A stretch of DNA of 64,000 bases from Candidatus Omnitrophota bacterium (GTDB taxonomy: Bacteria; Omnitrophota; Gorgyraeia; 2-02-FULL-51-18). Position numbers and translations under genes: made by a program. This document shows positions 20,062 to 30,396 of the stretch, piece after piece. Position 1 is the stretch's first letter, and each line of letters starts with the position of its first letter. The notes below the pieces were generated by a model. It saw nothing but the letters and a program-made list of their open reading frames with translations. It had not been told where the DNA came from and ran no database searches. Where the stretch lies: positions 7,409-71,408 of the forward strand of contig CAMDWQ010000009.1 in assembly GCA_945877765.1 (NCBI GenBank), in the 5' to 3' direction.

Positions 20062-20215
20062 TGCTCCCGCAACGGGTGGCGCCGGAGTTGCGCATATAAC
20101 GATAGGACATTGCTCCCGCAACGGGTGGCGCCGGAGGGGAGGCCTCCGCTGCGCGGAATGAAGAATTACATGAGCACAGCGGAGTCCCGCAGGTGACAGG
20201 CCCTGTTGCGAACAC
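20062..20215. repeat. Family H copy B (20111-20215) plus a 26-bp partial duplicate (20062-20087)
   Basis: Near-identical to 5383-5482; TGCTCCCGCAACGGGTGGCGCCGGAG occurs twice. Confidence 0.8.
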
Positions 20216-20222
20216 ATCGCAC

Positions 20223-21503
20223 CTATATAGCACTCACATGCTCCACATTTTTCAAAATAATCCCGCCCCCGCGCACATCATGATCGCTGACCAGCACAAA
20301 TCGTCCCGTTTCCGGAATTTCATCAAACGTATCAAACGCAATCGGCTTCTTGGTCGAAAGAATGATCTCCGCCACTTCGTTTTTAGCCACCTCATGCGAA
20401 TTTTTTGAGATTTCTTCCAAGGTTGAGGAATTAATCACTTTTAAAATCGCCTCGACCACGCACTCGACTTCCTGAGTCGCGACTTTCAAAATATACTTTC
20501 CGCCTTTTTCCAAGTGCTTATTCCCCATCCAAAAAATATTCGCCGAAAACCGGTCAGACACCAAGGTCTTGTTGGATTTTAAGCATCCAATCTCCCCGCG
20601 CTCGACAAAAATTTGATCTTCCATGGTTAGACCTATCGACTCCCCAGCAACTACCGTCATGGGCATCGGCGCATTCCATTTTTCAATGGTTTTTACTTTG
20701 GTCGATTTTCCCGACGGCATGAAGATAATCTCATCCCCGATAGAGATCGTGCCCGATTCCAGACGTCCGGCAATAATACGCCGCTTATCAAATTTGTACA
20801 CATCCTGCACCGGAAAACGCGCCGCCAGCTTCGAGCGGTCATCATGTGTGGCAAAATTCTCCAACACTCCCAGGATCGATTCCCCCTGATACCAAGGCAT
20901 GTTGACGCTTTTTTGCACGACATTGTCCCCGTGATAAGCTGAGATCGGGATAAAAGTCCTCGGTTTCACGTTGATCGATGCCAAGTATTTCGTGTAAGTC
21001 GTCACCACGTCGTTAAAAACTTTCTCGGAATACTTCACTAGATCCATCTTATTGACCACAATAGCGATCTGCTTGATGCCTAAAAGCGAAAGAATATACG
21101 CGTGTCGTTGCGTCTGCTCCTGAATCCCTTCCTCCGCGTCAATCATGAGAAATGCCACATCGGCGTTGGAAGCACCCGAAATCATATTCTTTAAAAATTC
21201 CTTATGACCCGGCGCATCAATAACAACATAATTTCTTTTTTTGGTCCTAAAAAACATCTGTGCCACGTCAATCGTAATCCCTTGGTCGCGCTCTTCCTCG
21301 AGGCCGTCCAAAAGAAAAGCAAATTCAAACACTTTTCCCTGGTCTTCGCAGACTTTTTTGACATGAGCAATTTTATTGTCCGGGATGAAACCGGTCTCGC
21401 TTAGGAGGCGTCCCACCAGTGTCGACTTGCCGTGGTCCACATGGCCCACCATCACAAACTTTAATGTTTCCGTTGAGGTTAAATTTAAATCTAGAGTTTC
21501 CAT
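20223..21503 (-). CDS. cysN: Sulfate adenylyltransferase GTPase subunit (no CysC fusion)
   Basis: [33 protein letters not shown]. Confidence 0.92.
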   Translation of the reverse strand: METLDLNLTSTETLKFVMVGHVDHGKSTLVGRLLSETGFIPDNKIAHVKKVCEDQGKVFEFAFLLDGLEEERDQGITIDVAQMFFRTKKRNYVVIDAPGHKEFLKNMISGASNADVAFLMIDAEEGIQEQTQRHAYILSLLGIKQIAIVVNKMDLVKYSEKVFNDVVTTYTKYLASINVKPRTFIPISAYHGDNVVQKSVNMPWYQGESILGVLENFATHDDRSKLAARFPVQDVYKFDKRRIIAGRLESGTISIGDEIIFMPSGKSTKVKTIEKWNAPMPMTVVAGESIGLTMEDQIFVERGEIGCLKSNKTLVSDRFSANIFWMGNKHLEKGGKYILKVATQEVECVVEAILKVINSSTLEEISKNSHEVAKNEVAEIILSTKKPIAFDTFDEIPETGRFVLVSDHDVRGGGIILKNVEHVSAI

Positions 21504-22303
21504 TACATATATCCTTTGGTTCTAAGTTTCTGCATCGCGTAAGTGTCTTCTTGGTCCTGCGCCCGACCGGCCCGTTCGGAAGTCTTGCCTGCTTTAAGCT
21601 CGGCAATAATCTCATCCAAATTAGAAGCCTTGGAATCAATGGAAGCGGTGCAGGGTGCGCAACCCAAACTGCGGTACCGTTTGCCATTTTTTGAAAAATA
21701 AAGACTCACCACCGGAATATTTTCACGCTTGATATATTCCCATATATTCAATTCCGTCCAGTGAAGCAAGGGATGGATACGAATATGCGTATTTTCGTCA
21801 AAATTGGTTTTAAATTGGTCCCAGAGCTCTGGCGGCTGGTCCTTAAAATCCCACTCAAAGTTTTTATCACGAGGAGAAAAATAGCGCTCTTTGGCACGCG
21901 TAGATTCTTCGTCGCGGCGAATCCCCAGGATCAATCCTTTATAGTCATACTGTTCCATAATCTGGTGAAGCCCATTGGTCTTTAACGCCGTGCAGCAGTT
22001 AATACGCCCCAGCGTGTAATTCATGCCTTCGGCCAGCGCCTTTTTGTTCTGGCCAACAATCAGGTTTAAATCCCACTCTTTGGCATAGCGGTCGCGAAAC
22101 TCAATCATCTCAGGAATTTTGTAACTGGTATCAATGTGCACCAGCGGAATTGGCACGTGGCCATAGAACGCCTTTCGTGCCAGCCACAAGAGCACATTCG
22201 AATCTTTCCCAATCGACCATAGCATGGCCAACTTCTTAAATTTTTTCTGCGCTTCGCGTAAAATAAACACGGACTGATTTTCTAGCTTATCCAGATGATC
22301 CAT
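21503..22303 (-). CDS. cysD: Sulfate adenylyltransferase subunit 2
   Basis: [31 protein letters not shown]. Confidence 0.94.
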   Translation of the reverse strand: MDHLDKLENQSVFILREAQKKFKKLAMLWSIGKDSNVLLWLARKAFYGHVPIPLVHIDTSYKIPEMIEFRDRYAKEWDLNLIVGQNKKALAEGMNYTLGRINCCTALKTNGLHQIMEQYDYKGLILGIRRDEESTRAKERYFSPRDKNFEWDFKDQPPELWDQFKTNFDENTHIRIHPLLHWTELNIWEYIKRENIPVVSLYFSKNGKRYRSLGCAPCTASIDSKASNLDEIIAELKAGKTSERAGRAQDQEDTYAMQKLRTKGYM

Positions 22304-22360
22304 TTGAAGCTCTCGCCTTCCTTTAAATAGTAGTAAAATGGTGTTATACAGTACAACTAA

Positions 22361-22389
22361 ATACTACCATACATTACTTAATTGGTCAA
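22361..22389 (-). promoter_or_regulatory. sigma70 promoter of the cys operon
   Basis: TTGACC-17 nt-TAGTAT with TGn extension on the minus strand, upstream of the AAGGAAGG RBS. Confidence 0.65.
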
Positions 22390-22434
22390 ATATAAAAATA
22401 AAAAAAGACCATGAGTGATTAGTGACCCATTGAC

Positions 22435-22506
22435 TGTCATCCCCGAAATCTTTAATCGGGGATCATGTATAGGTTTGATTCCCGATTAAAACTCTCGGGA
22501 ATGACG
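22435..22506. repeat. REP-like paired palindromes, family R
   Basis: TGTCATCCCCGA..TCGGGGATCA plus GATTCCCGA..TCGGGAATGACG. Confidence 0.85.
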
Positions 22507-22730
22507 TGATATTTTGATTTAATTCTGCTAAGTATTTTAAATAGTTACTTAGTGGGGGATTATGTATAAAATAAGTCGATTTTTAACTATTAAATCCCAA
22601 TTTATGCTATTTTAAAAGTTAATAGTGGGTTAAAATTCCCATACTAAGTTTACTTAATAACTATTATATATATTAAAAAATATGCAATTTTTTCAATTAT
22701 TAGGGTTGAATCGATTTTTCTATGGCTATT

Positions 22731-23828
22731 TTAGCCTTCAACGACGCTGGAGACGTCGAAATGAATACCGACGCTTTCAAGCTTGCGAATCATATCGGAT
22801 TTATCGACGCATTTCATGTAGGCTTCAGTGGGTGTGATTAAATCTGCTTTGATGTGCTCCAAAAGTGAGTCGTTGAGGAGTTTCATCCCTTGCTTGAGGC
22901 CTACCTGCATCGCGGAAGCAATTTGGTGCGTCTTGCCATCGCGAATATTGGCGCCAATAGCGAAGTTGGATACCAAGATTTCTAAGGCGGCCACACGTCC
23001 CGAAGTTTTCTTTTTGCACAACGTCTGAGCAATCACTCCTTTTAGAGAAACAGCAAGCATTGTTCGGATCTGCGCTTGCCGGTTACCGGGGAACTGATCG
23101 ATAATTCTGTCGACGGTGGAAGGCGCGGTACTCGTATGGAGCGTGGCAAAGACCAAGTGCCCTGTCTCGGCCGTTTCAAGAGCGATTTCAACCGTTTCTA
23201 AGTCTCTCATTTCACCCACGAGCACAATATCAGGATCTTCACGCAAACCCGCACGCAATGCGTTTTTAAAACTTTGTGTGTGTCGCCTCACCTCGCGCTG
23301 ATTGATGAGACATTTAATATTGGGATGGACAAACTCGATGGGGTCTTCAATGGTAATAATATGGCTGGTGCGATTACGGTTGATGTGGTCAATCATCGCC
23401 GCCAGTGTCGTGGACTTGCCGGAACCCGTGGGGCCGGTGACAACAACAAGGCCTTTCGTTAAATAGCAAAAGTTTAAAATGGATCGCGGGAGACCCAACG
23501 CATCCGTGGTATGAATCTTATCCGGAACTAAACGGCAAACGGTTCCCATCCCTTTATGGTCCTTGAAAAGATTGACACGGAAACGGCCGGTCCCTTGCAG
23601 GGCATAAGCAAAATCGGTGTCCCATTTCTCATGAACTTCATCCCAATTCATTTGGGGGGTAATTTCTTTAAGGTACTCCTCTATCTTTTCGGGTGTTGTC
23701 TCGTCATAACCTTCGACGGTTACCATTTCGCCGCTGACACGGAACATAGGCTTTACTTTGGCAGATAGATGCAAATCTGAAGCTCCAGCCTCAAGCATTT
23801 GATGAAATAGTTTATCTAACCAAGCCAT
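22731..23828 (-). CDS. pilT: Type IV pilus retraction ATPase
   Basis: ASDLHL, GPTGSGKSTT, TIEDPIE, LREDPD..LVGEMRD, AETGHLV.ATLH. Confidence 0.93.
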   Translation of the reverse strand: MAWLDKLFHQMLEAGASDLHLSAKVKPMFRVSGEMVTVEGYDETTPEKIEEYLKEITPQMNWDEVHEKWDTDFAYALQGTGRFRVNLFKDHKGMGTVCRLVPDKIHTTDALGLPRSILNFCYLTKGLVVVTGPTGSGKSTTLAAMIDHINRNRTSHIITIEDPIEFVHPNIKCLINQREVRRHTQSFKNALRAGLREDPDIVLVGEMRDLETVEIALETAETGHLVFATLHTSTAPSTVDRIIDQFPGNRQAQIRTMLAVSLKGVIAQTLCKKKTSGRVAALEILVSNFAIGANIRDGKTHQIASAMQVGLKQGMKLLNDSLLEHIKADLITPTEAYMKCVDKSDMIRKLESVGIHFDVSSVVEG

Positions 23829-23977
23829 AATTTCTCCCTATATATTAGTTAATAACTCTTATCAAAAGTTATCATAAAAAAGCAATAATTTCAAGTGGGG
23901 AGTAAAAATAAATTGGGGGCTATCCGGACGTAAGATTGCTATGAATTTTGGCTTTTCGTCTGGTATAATTACATCCT

Positions 23978-25690
23978 GTGAATTCAAAATCCAGAAACGT
24001 CAGCGCTGGCTTTCCGGGCATCCGTGATTTTATCCTCCTGGGCATCGTCTGGACCCTCGCAATTTTTCTCGTCAACCCTACCGGCAACTTTCCTCTAAAT
24101 GATGACTGGATTTATGCCTTCACCGTCGAAAAATGCCTGCTGGAAGGAAAACTCCATTTTTTAAACTGGGCCTCAACGCGGGCTTATCCTCATGTTTTTA
24201 TCGGTATCATCAGCTGTTTCCTTTTTGGATTTTCTCAAGAGGTCTTGAGATTTTCGACAATCCTGTTGGGATTTGCGGGAATCTTGACGACCTACGCTTT
24301 ATTAAAGCAGGCCGAAGAGCCTAAACAAAAACAAACCATTCCTCTGTTGGGGGCACTTCTTTTGGCAGTGAATCCGATTTATTTGGAACTCTCCAATACT
24401 TTTATGACGGATGTGCCTTTTTATGTTGTATTTGTCACCTCCGTTTATTATTTTAGCCGCTTTTTAAAAAATAATTCAAACCGGGATCTGTGGTTGGGCA
24501 CGGGGTGGGCTTGCCTTGCGATCGCCTATCGACAATTTGGCATCGTTGCTCCTCTGGCATTTTCGGCCACTTTATTGTTCCGGAAAATAAAACCGAGAAG
24601 GAATATTTTGATGATCCTTGCGCCGGCTCTTTGCGCTATCGGGGTTTTTTGGTTCATCAATCAGTCTTACGGAGGAGTAGACCCAACAGCACCCATGAAA
24701 TACCACGGTTACTGGGACCACTTTTTAAGGCCGGACATCGCTGGAAACGCGCTCTATCTTCTAAAGATCTGTATCGCTTATTCAGGCCTCTTTTTTTTAC
24801 CGCTCCTGATTTTCATAACATCCAAAATAATCGCCCAATCTTCCGGCAATAAAATCATGCCCTCCTTGTTTATTTTATCGCTAGTGGCAGTGGCGGGAGT
24901 ATGGTGGGGAGCGGGCGGAGAAAATTGGATGCCCTTTGCCAAAAATATCGGAAATATCATGACACCTTGGGGCTTGGGGCCTTTTCCGCTAAAAGGAAAC
25001 GCCGGCGGTTTTTTTTCTTCGCTGGCTGCGCACCCGGTTTTTTGGTCGGGCGTGACGGTCTTTAGTTTTTTTGGGGCAGTTTTATTTTTATTTTTTTGTA
25101 TTCGAGCCGCTTGGCAAACTTTTTACCCTGTAAACGATGGCAAACCATCAGACGGAAATAGGCTATTTGCCGCACTAATGATGTTGATCTATTTTCTAAT
25201 TCTAGTTTTTTTTCCTCAGTTTTATGACCGGTATCTCCTTGTTTTCTTTCCTTCTGTTTTTATGATTCTGAGCCTGCAAACGGTAAATAACGCCGCACAA
25301 CCTTTAAAAAACGCTCGAAAAATTTCTTGGGTAGGTTTTTTAATTCTGGCGGTAATGGGTATTTTTTCTGTCGCGGGAACACATGATTATCTCTGGCTAA
25401 ACCGGACGCGATGGAAAGCGACTCAAGAACTCATGGAAAAGGAAAAAATTTCCCCCGATAGAATAGATGGTGGTTATGAATTTAATGGCCATTTTTTATA
25501 CCATGAGAAATATCAGCCGACGAATAAAACCTCCTGGTGGTGGGTGGATCGCGATGATTATGTGATCGCTCTTCGGCCCCTGAAAGAAAATGGATATGAG
25601 CACCTACGGTCCTATGAATACCCGAGGTGGTTGTTTCTGTCACCAGAACGTGTGCTGATTTTAAAAAAAATGGAGGCGGTTGACGCATGA
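23978..25690 (+). CDS. ArnT/GT39-like polytopic membrane glycosyltransferase
   Basis: NFPLNDDW, NP.Y..LS.TFMTDVPF, RQ, DRY motifs; many TM segments. Confidence 0.8.
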   Translation: MNSKSRNVSAGFPGIRDFILLGIVWTLAIFLVNPTGNFPLNDDWIYAFTVEKCLLEGKLHFLNWASTRAYPHVFIGIISCFLFGFSQEVLRFSTILLGFAGILTTYALLKQAEEPKQKQTIPLLGALLLAVNPIYLELSNTFMTDVPFYVVFVTSVYYFSRFLKNNSNRDLWLGTGWACLAIAYRQFGIVAPLAFSATLLFRKIKPRRNILMILAPALCAIGVFWFINQSYGGVDPTAPMKYHGYWDHFLRPDIAGNALYLLKICIAYSGLFFLPLLIFITSKIIAQSSGNKIMPSLFILSLVAVAGVWWGAGGENWMPFAKNIGNIMTPWGLGPFPLKGNAGGFFSSLAAHPVFWSGVTVFSFFGAVLFLFFCIRAAWQTFYPVNDGKPSDGNRLFAALMMLIYFLILVFFPQFYDRYLLVFFPSVFMILSLQTVNNAAQPLKNARKISWVGFLILAVMGIFSVAGTHDYLWLNRTRWKATQELMEKEKISPDRIDGGYEFNGHFLYHEKYQPTNKTSWWWVDRDDYVIALRPLKENGYEHLRSYEYPRWLFLSPERVLILKKMEAVDA

Positions 25691-27288
25691 AATCTTCTGT
25701 TTTTTGGGATTGTCTGATGCTAAGCCTGGTGTGGATTGCCGACATCTGTCTGGTGAACCCTGCCTGAAATTTTCCGCTCAACGACGACTGGGCTTACGCA
25801 CTGCCGGTCAAAAGCCTACTAGAAGAAGGTGTCATCCGCATCCCCGGATGGGCTTCAATGTCCCTGTATTCACACATTTTTTTTGGCACCCTGGCAGGAA
25901 AATTATTTGGTTTTTAGTTTGACGCTCTCAGGGCCGTGACTCTGATTTTTGGCTTGGCGGGAGTAGGCGCCACTTATTTTATTTTAAAAGAAGTAGGATT
26001 ATCCCGCGGGGTTTGTTTGATCGGGTCGCTGACGTTGGCGCTAAATCCTATCTATTTCTCTCTTTCTTATACCTTCATGACGGATGTGCCGTTTTACACG
26101 GTCTTTGTTCTCTCGGCTTATTTCTTTCTGCGTTCTATTCGCACGGATTCAAGGCAGGCCGAGGCTCTGGGCGCCCTCATTTCTTGGGTCGCCATTGGTT
26201 ATCGGTAGTTTGGAATCATTGTGTCCGGATCCTACGCGGCGGCCCGTCTCTTACAAAAAGGATTGTCTGCCAAACAACGACTGCGCGCTTTCTATCCCTT
26301 TTTTGTTGGGATTATGGAGCTAGTGGTGATCCACACTCTTTTTAAATACACACACGGCGAAGTGGGAAACTATGTCGACCAAATTGAAATGATTTTATTT
26401 AAACCTTATGAGAGCCGTTTTTACAGCCACTTGTTTGAGGTGATCCTCTACTCGTTGGTTTACTTGGGTTTATTTCTGCTGCCGATGACCCTACTGAGTA
26501 ATTTTGGATGGATGTTTTTTATTCACTCTGGTGGCAGACTTTCAGATGCCGCTCACCGAGAACATGATTCTTTTTTTGGCATTGGGCCGATTGTTTTAAG
26601 ATCCAGTTATGCCTATGCTCCCTCTGCGAACTTGCTGCAAAAACCAGGGGAAATTCTATGGCTTTCATTGAGCGCCATTTTTTTTTGGATTCATCCTTCT
26701 ACTGGCGGCGTTATTTTCCACGCAAAGAAGGCTTGCCCAGGAAAATAGGACGCCCCAGCGGAGATCGGCTTTCCGGTTTATTTTCTTATGCTGTTTTCTT
26801 TACTTAGCATCCTTCATCGTTTTTCCCGTATTTTTTGACCGGTATGTCTTTCATTTTATTCCGTTTGTCATGATTCTTATTTTTTGGGGACAAGCCACCG
26901 GCGCGCCGGTGGTTAAATTTAGGATTTTTGAAAAAATAACTTTTGGGGGGGGTTATTGGCTATTTTTGCCTACTTTTCGGTGGCAGGTACCCACGACTAT
27001 CTTGCCTGGAACCGTGCGCGCTGGGAGGCTCTGCGGGATTTAACCCAAATAAGAAAAATACCCATCAATAAAATCGATGGTGGTTTTGAATTTAACCGCT
27101 GGCAGTCTTCGGTTAAATTTAAAGTTCATTATAATACACAACCGGATTGGCGAATAGGGGAGGACGACTATATCGTCGGTTTGTCACCCGCAAAAGGTTA
27201 CACCGAAATAGCCGAGGTTCCATTTCAGAAATGGCTTCCACCAGGAAAAGCAAGCATCCTCGTCATGAAAAAAGAGGAAACCGCGTAA
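25687..27288 (+). pseudogene. Degraded tandem paralog of the upstream GT39-like gene
   Basis: From ATG 25687: LVNPA*NFPLNDDW (TGA 25765), TAG 25915, GYR*FG (TAG 26206), later frameshifts; C-terminal SVAGTHDYL.WNR.RW..IDGG.EFN matches the neighbour. Confidence 0.85.
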
Positions 27289-27294
27289 ATTTTA

Positions 27295-28539
27295 TTAACG
27301 GATGTGTCTTGCGGTGCTGCGAAAACGGCGGCGGAAGCCAGCGGCAGGTCTAGGGCGTGCATTGCCTGCATTACCTGTAAAGCGTGAAAAAGACTCCCCT
27401 GGGATATCGGGGTGAGTTGAAATAGTCAAGGTGGTACGCATCAACTTTTCGATATCGCGAACATTACTGCCTTGATCTGGCGTCGCAAGCGATATGGCAC
27501 GCCCTTCATGTCCTGCGCGGCCCGTCCGGCCAATACGGTGGATGTAATTTTCACTATCTTCGGGAAGATCATAGTTGACGACCAGCTCAATTCCTTTGAC
27601 ATCAATACCGCGGGAGGCTATATCGGTGGCAATGAGTACGCGGTAACGGCCCAATTTAAAACCCTCTAGGGCTTCACGGCGCTGACCTAAAGATCGGTCC
27701 GAATGAATTTCGGCGGCAGTAAAATGCATATCGCGCAGAGCGCGCGTAATCTTGGCGGCACCCATTTTGGTGCGTGCAAATACCAACACACTGCCTTGAT
27801 ACTGCTGCAAAAGTTTAATCAAGAGTTGACGCTTGGATTCTTGACGGACAATAAAAATTTCCTGGATGATCTTTTCCGCGGCAGTGCCGGAACGAGCCAT
27901 TTCAATGCGTATCGGAAGCTTCATGTAAACCGTCGCAATTTTCAAAATCGCTTCGGGCATGGTAGCAGAAAACAAAAGGGTTTGGCGATCTTTGGGCATG
28001 TTGCGCATAATTCGTTCGATCTGAGGCGCAAATCCCATGTCCAGCATGCGGTCTGCTTCATCAAGGACAACCATCTTGATATCCTGCAAGCTCACTGTCT
28101 TCTGCTGGATGTGGTCCATAAACCGGCCGGGCGTGGCGATATAAATACGGGTGACGCTCTTTCTAACGGTTTGGATTTGCGTTCCCATGTTCATGCCGCC
28201 GATCAAAATAGCCGTGCGAATATTGTAGGGTTGGCAAACCTTACGGAGGGTCTCGTCCACCTGCACAGCCAATTCACGCGTAGGCACCAGCACAACTGCT
28301 TTAGCTGTAAGGTGTTGCGCAAGTCTTTGCACCATCGGGATACCGAAGGCCAGTGTTTTGCCAGTGCCTGTCTGGGCAATCCCGAGCATATCTTTACCTT
28401 CATTAGCGATGGGTATCGCTTTGTGTTGAATAGGAGTCGGCGTCTTAAACTTCATGCGTTCAAGAGTTTCGAGAATAGCAGGCGCAATGCCAAGGCCGTA
28501 GAAAGTTTGATGATTATTTTCAGTTGTCATGGAGGGCAT
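27295..28539 (-). CDS. DEAD-box RNA helicase (RhlE-like)
   Basis: AQTGTGKT, PTRELA, DEAD, SAT, HRIGRTGR. Confidence 0.95.
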   Translation of the reverse strand: MPSMTTENNHQTFYGLGIAPAILETLERMKFKTPTPIQHKAIPIANEGKDMLGIAQTGTGKTLAFGIPMVQRLAQHLTAKAVVLVPTRELAVQVDETLRKVCQPYNIRTAILIGGMNMGTQIQTVRKSVTRIYIATPGRFMDHIQQKTVSLQDIKMVVLDEADRMLDMGFAPQIERIMRNMPKDRQTLLFSATMPEAILKIATVYMKLPIRIEMARSGTAAEKIIQEIFIVRQESKRQLLIKLLQQYQGSVLVFARTKMGAAKITRALRDMHFTAAEIHSDRSLGQRREALEGFKLGRYRVLIATDIASRGIDVKGIELVVNYDLPEDSENYIHRIGRTGRAGHEGRAISLATPDQGSNVRDIEKLMRTTLTISTHPDIPGESFSRFTGNAGNARPRPAAGFRRRFRSTARHIR

Positions 28540-28584
28540 TATAACTGTTTTTAAAAGAATAGGGGATTTATCTTTTTAGAGGCC

Positions 28585-29142
28585 TTAAAGCAAGCATTGT
28601 CTCTGTGCGGCATCAAGTTCCACCCACTGCCCAGGCTTTAAACTTGCCAACTTCAAGCCTCCATGAGCAACCCGTAAGAGCCGCAGCGTCGGAAAACCAA
28701 CGGCAGCCGTCATGCGCCGCACCTGGCGATTTTTGCCCTCGGTCAAGATTAGCTCAATCCAACTGGTAGGCACGCTCAAACGAAAACGAATGGGGACCGT
28801 CCGGGGAGAATATTGGGGGTCTTCCAGAAGCGCTGCTTGGCAAGGTTTTGTTTTCTGCCCCTGGAGCATCACTCCTTTTCGCAAATTTGAAACCGCCTGC
28901 TCTGTCGCCTTCCCCTCCACTTGAGCATGATACGTTTTGGAGTGTTCGTGGCGCGGATGAAGAAGGCGGTCATTCAACTCTTTTTCATCACTTAAAAGAA
29001 GAAGCCCCTCGCTGTCCCAGTCTAGACGGCCGATGGGGTACACATTTTTGGGGAAATTAAACTCCGCTAAAGTACAGTGATCTGATTCTTCCTTGGTAAA
29101 TTGAGAAAGTACGCCGTAGGGCTTATGAAACATTAAAATCAT
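28585..29142 (-). CDS. RsuA/RluE-family pseudouridine synthase (no S4 domain)
   Basis: HKPYGVLSQF, GRLDWDSEGLLLL, EGKNRQVRRM. Confidence 0.92.
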   Translation of the reverse strand: MILMFHKPYGVLSQFTKEESDHCTLAEFNFPKNVYPIGRLDWDSEGLLLLSDEKELNDRLLHPRHEHSKTYHAQVEGKATEQAVSNLRKGVMLQGQKTKPCQAALLEDPQYSPRTVPIRFRLSVPTSWIELILTEGKNRQVRRMTAAVGFPTLRLLRVAHGGLKLASLKPGQWVELDAAQRQCLL

Positions 29143-29147
29143 CGGTG

Positions 29148-30092
29148 TTAACGAATCGCGTCTAACCAGGTTTGATTGGTAGGGAATTTTTCCAGCTGTT
29201 CGACAAGCGTTTTCGCGGCCTCGACGGTGCCGAGCTCGACCAAACGCCGGCGAATCTTGCGGATTTTTTCAAGCTCATCCGGCGGCAAAAGTAATTCTTC
29301 TTTGCGCGTGCCACTCTTTAAAATATCAATCGCCGGATAAATACGGCGGGTTGCTACGTCGCGTGAAAGAACGATTTCCATATTGCCCGTACCCTTAAAT
29401 TCTTCAAAAATATATTGGTCCATCCGGCTGCCCGTATCTATAAGAATCGTTGCCAAAATAGTGAGTGAGCCGCCATTTTCAATTTTACGTGCCGCGCCAA
29501 AAATTCGCCGCGGCACTTCCAGCGCCCGCGAGTCCATCCCCCCGGACAACGTGCGGCCGCTCGAAACTCTTTCGGCATTATGCACTCGCGCCAAGCGCGT
29601 CAGGGAATCAATCACAATCATGACATTTTTCCCAGTAGCGGCTTCATTCATGGCTTCTTTTAAGAGCGTATCGGCGATACGGATATGATTGTCGTAGGTC
29701 TGATCCGAAGAAGACCAGCGCACATCCGCGGCCACACTGCGGCGAAAATCAGTCACTTCTTCGGGCCTCTCATCGACCAAAAGACAATAAAGTTTGATTT
29801 CTGGAGCCACTTTCACAACCGCCTGGCAAATATGCCTTAGAAACGTAGTCTTGCCAGACCCCGGAGGTGCCACAATCAATCCGCGCTGACCCATCCCAAT
29901 CGGCGTAATCAGATCCATCGCCCTCATGGTGAATTCTTTGGATCCATCTTCGAGTTTAATACGGGGAGACGGGTCCACCGCCGTTCCCGCTAAGAATGGG
30001 TTGGGGGCTTCTACCGGCTGACGCATCATGGGACGCGTTGGCCTCTGCGGACGTCGCTGGAAATTACGGTCAAAATTTCTCATAGACCTCAT
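29148..30092 (-). CDS. Short Rho-like ATPase lacking the N-terminal RNA-binding domain
   Basis: PIGMGQRGLIVAPPGSGKT, DERPEEVTD, RTLSGG, EEFKGTGNMEI, SGTRKEELL; only about 45 aa precede the ATPase core. Confidence 0.9.
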   Translation of the reverse strand: MRSMRNFDRNFQRRPQRPTRPMMRQPVEAPNPFLAGTAVDPSPRIKLEDGSKEFTMRAMDLITPIGMGQRGLIVAPPGSGKTTFLRHICQAVVKVAPEIKLYCLLVDERPEEVTDFRRSVAADVRWSSSDQTYDNHIRIADTLLKEAMNEAATGKNVMIVIDSLTRLARVHNAERVSSGRTLSGGMDSRALEVPRRIFGAARKIENGGSLTILATILIDTGSRMDQYIFEEFKGTGNMEIVLSRDVATRRIYPAIDILKSGTRKEELLLPPDELEKIRKIRRRLVELGTVEAAKTLVEQLEKFPTNQTWLDAIR

Positions 30093-30159
30093 TCTACCTT
30101 AAAGATAGCTCCTCGGTGTCCTGTTTCCCGAAACTTGAAGTGCAAATTATTATTTTAGA

Positions 30160-30396
30160 TTAACCATAAAATTCTTGTGGTTCCAAACCGAATCTTTCGC
30201 GAATAGCGCGCGTATAATTCCGATCGTACTCGCGCTTCATTGGAAGTGGGTAAGTTTGTTGTACGCCTGATTTGTCATAACCCACCAGTTGGAAAATATG
30301 AGATCCAGAACTGCCATCAGAAAGAATTACAATTTTGTGCTCCTTAAGAAGTTTTCTTAAGGCGGGAAGTTTTAGGGGTTTATCTTGCCTTGGCAA
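30160..30396 (-). CDS. HicA-like toxin
   Basis: Small basic protein: LRKLLKEH....GSH...P. Confidence 0.55.
   Translation of the reverse strand: MPRQDKPLKLPALRKLLKEHKIVILSDGSSGSHIFQLVGYDKSGVQQTYPLPMKREYDRNYTRAIRERFGLEPQEFYG

Noticed and set aside
22510-22730. Very AT-rich intergenic tract as a replication origin
   Set aside because: No DnaA-box cluster is visible, only weak imperfect repeats.
25765-26208. Stop-codon recoding in the GT39-like paralog
   Set aside because: Both TGA and TAG interrupt it, frameshifts are also present, and TGA/TAG end normal genes in this window.
27703-28554. 283-aa plus-strand ORF and similar antisense ORFs (e.g. 5087-5764, 3373-3966)
   Set aside because: These are shadow frames opposite well-supported genes and carry no motifs.
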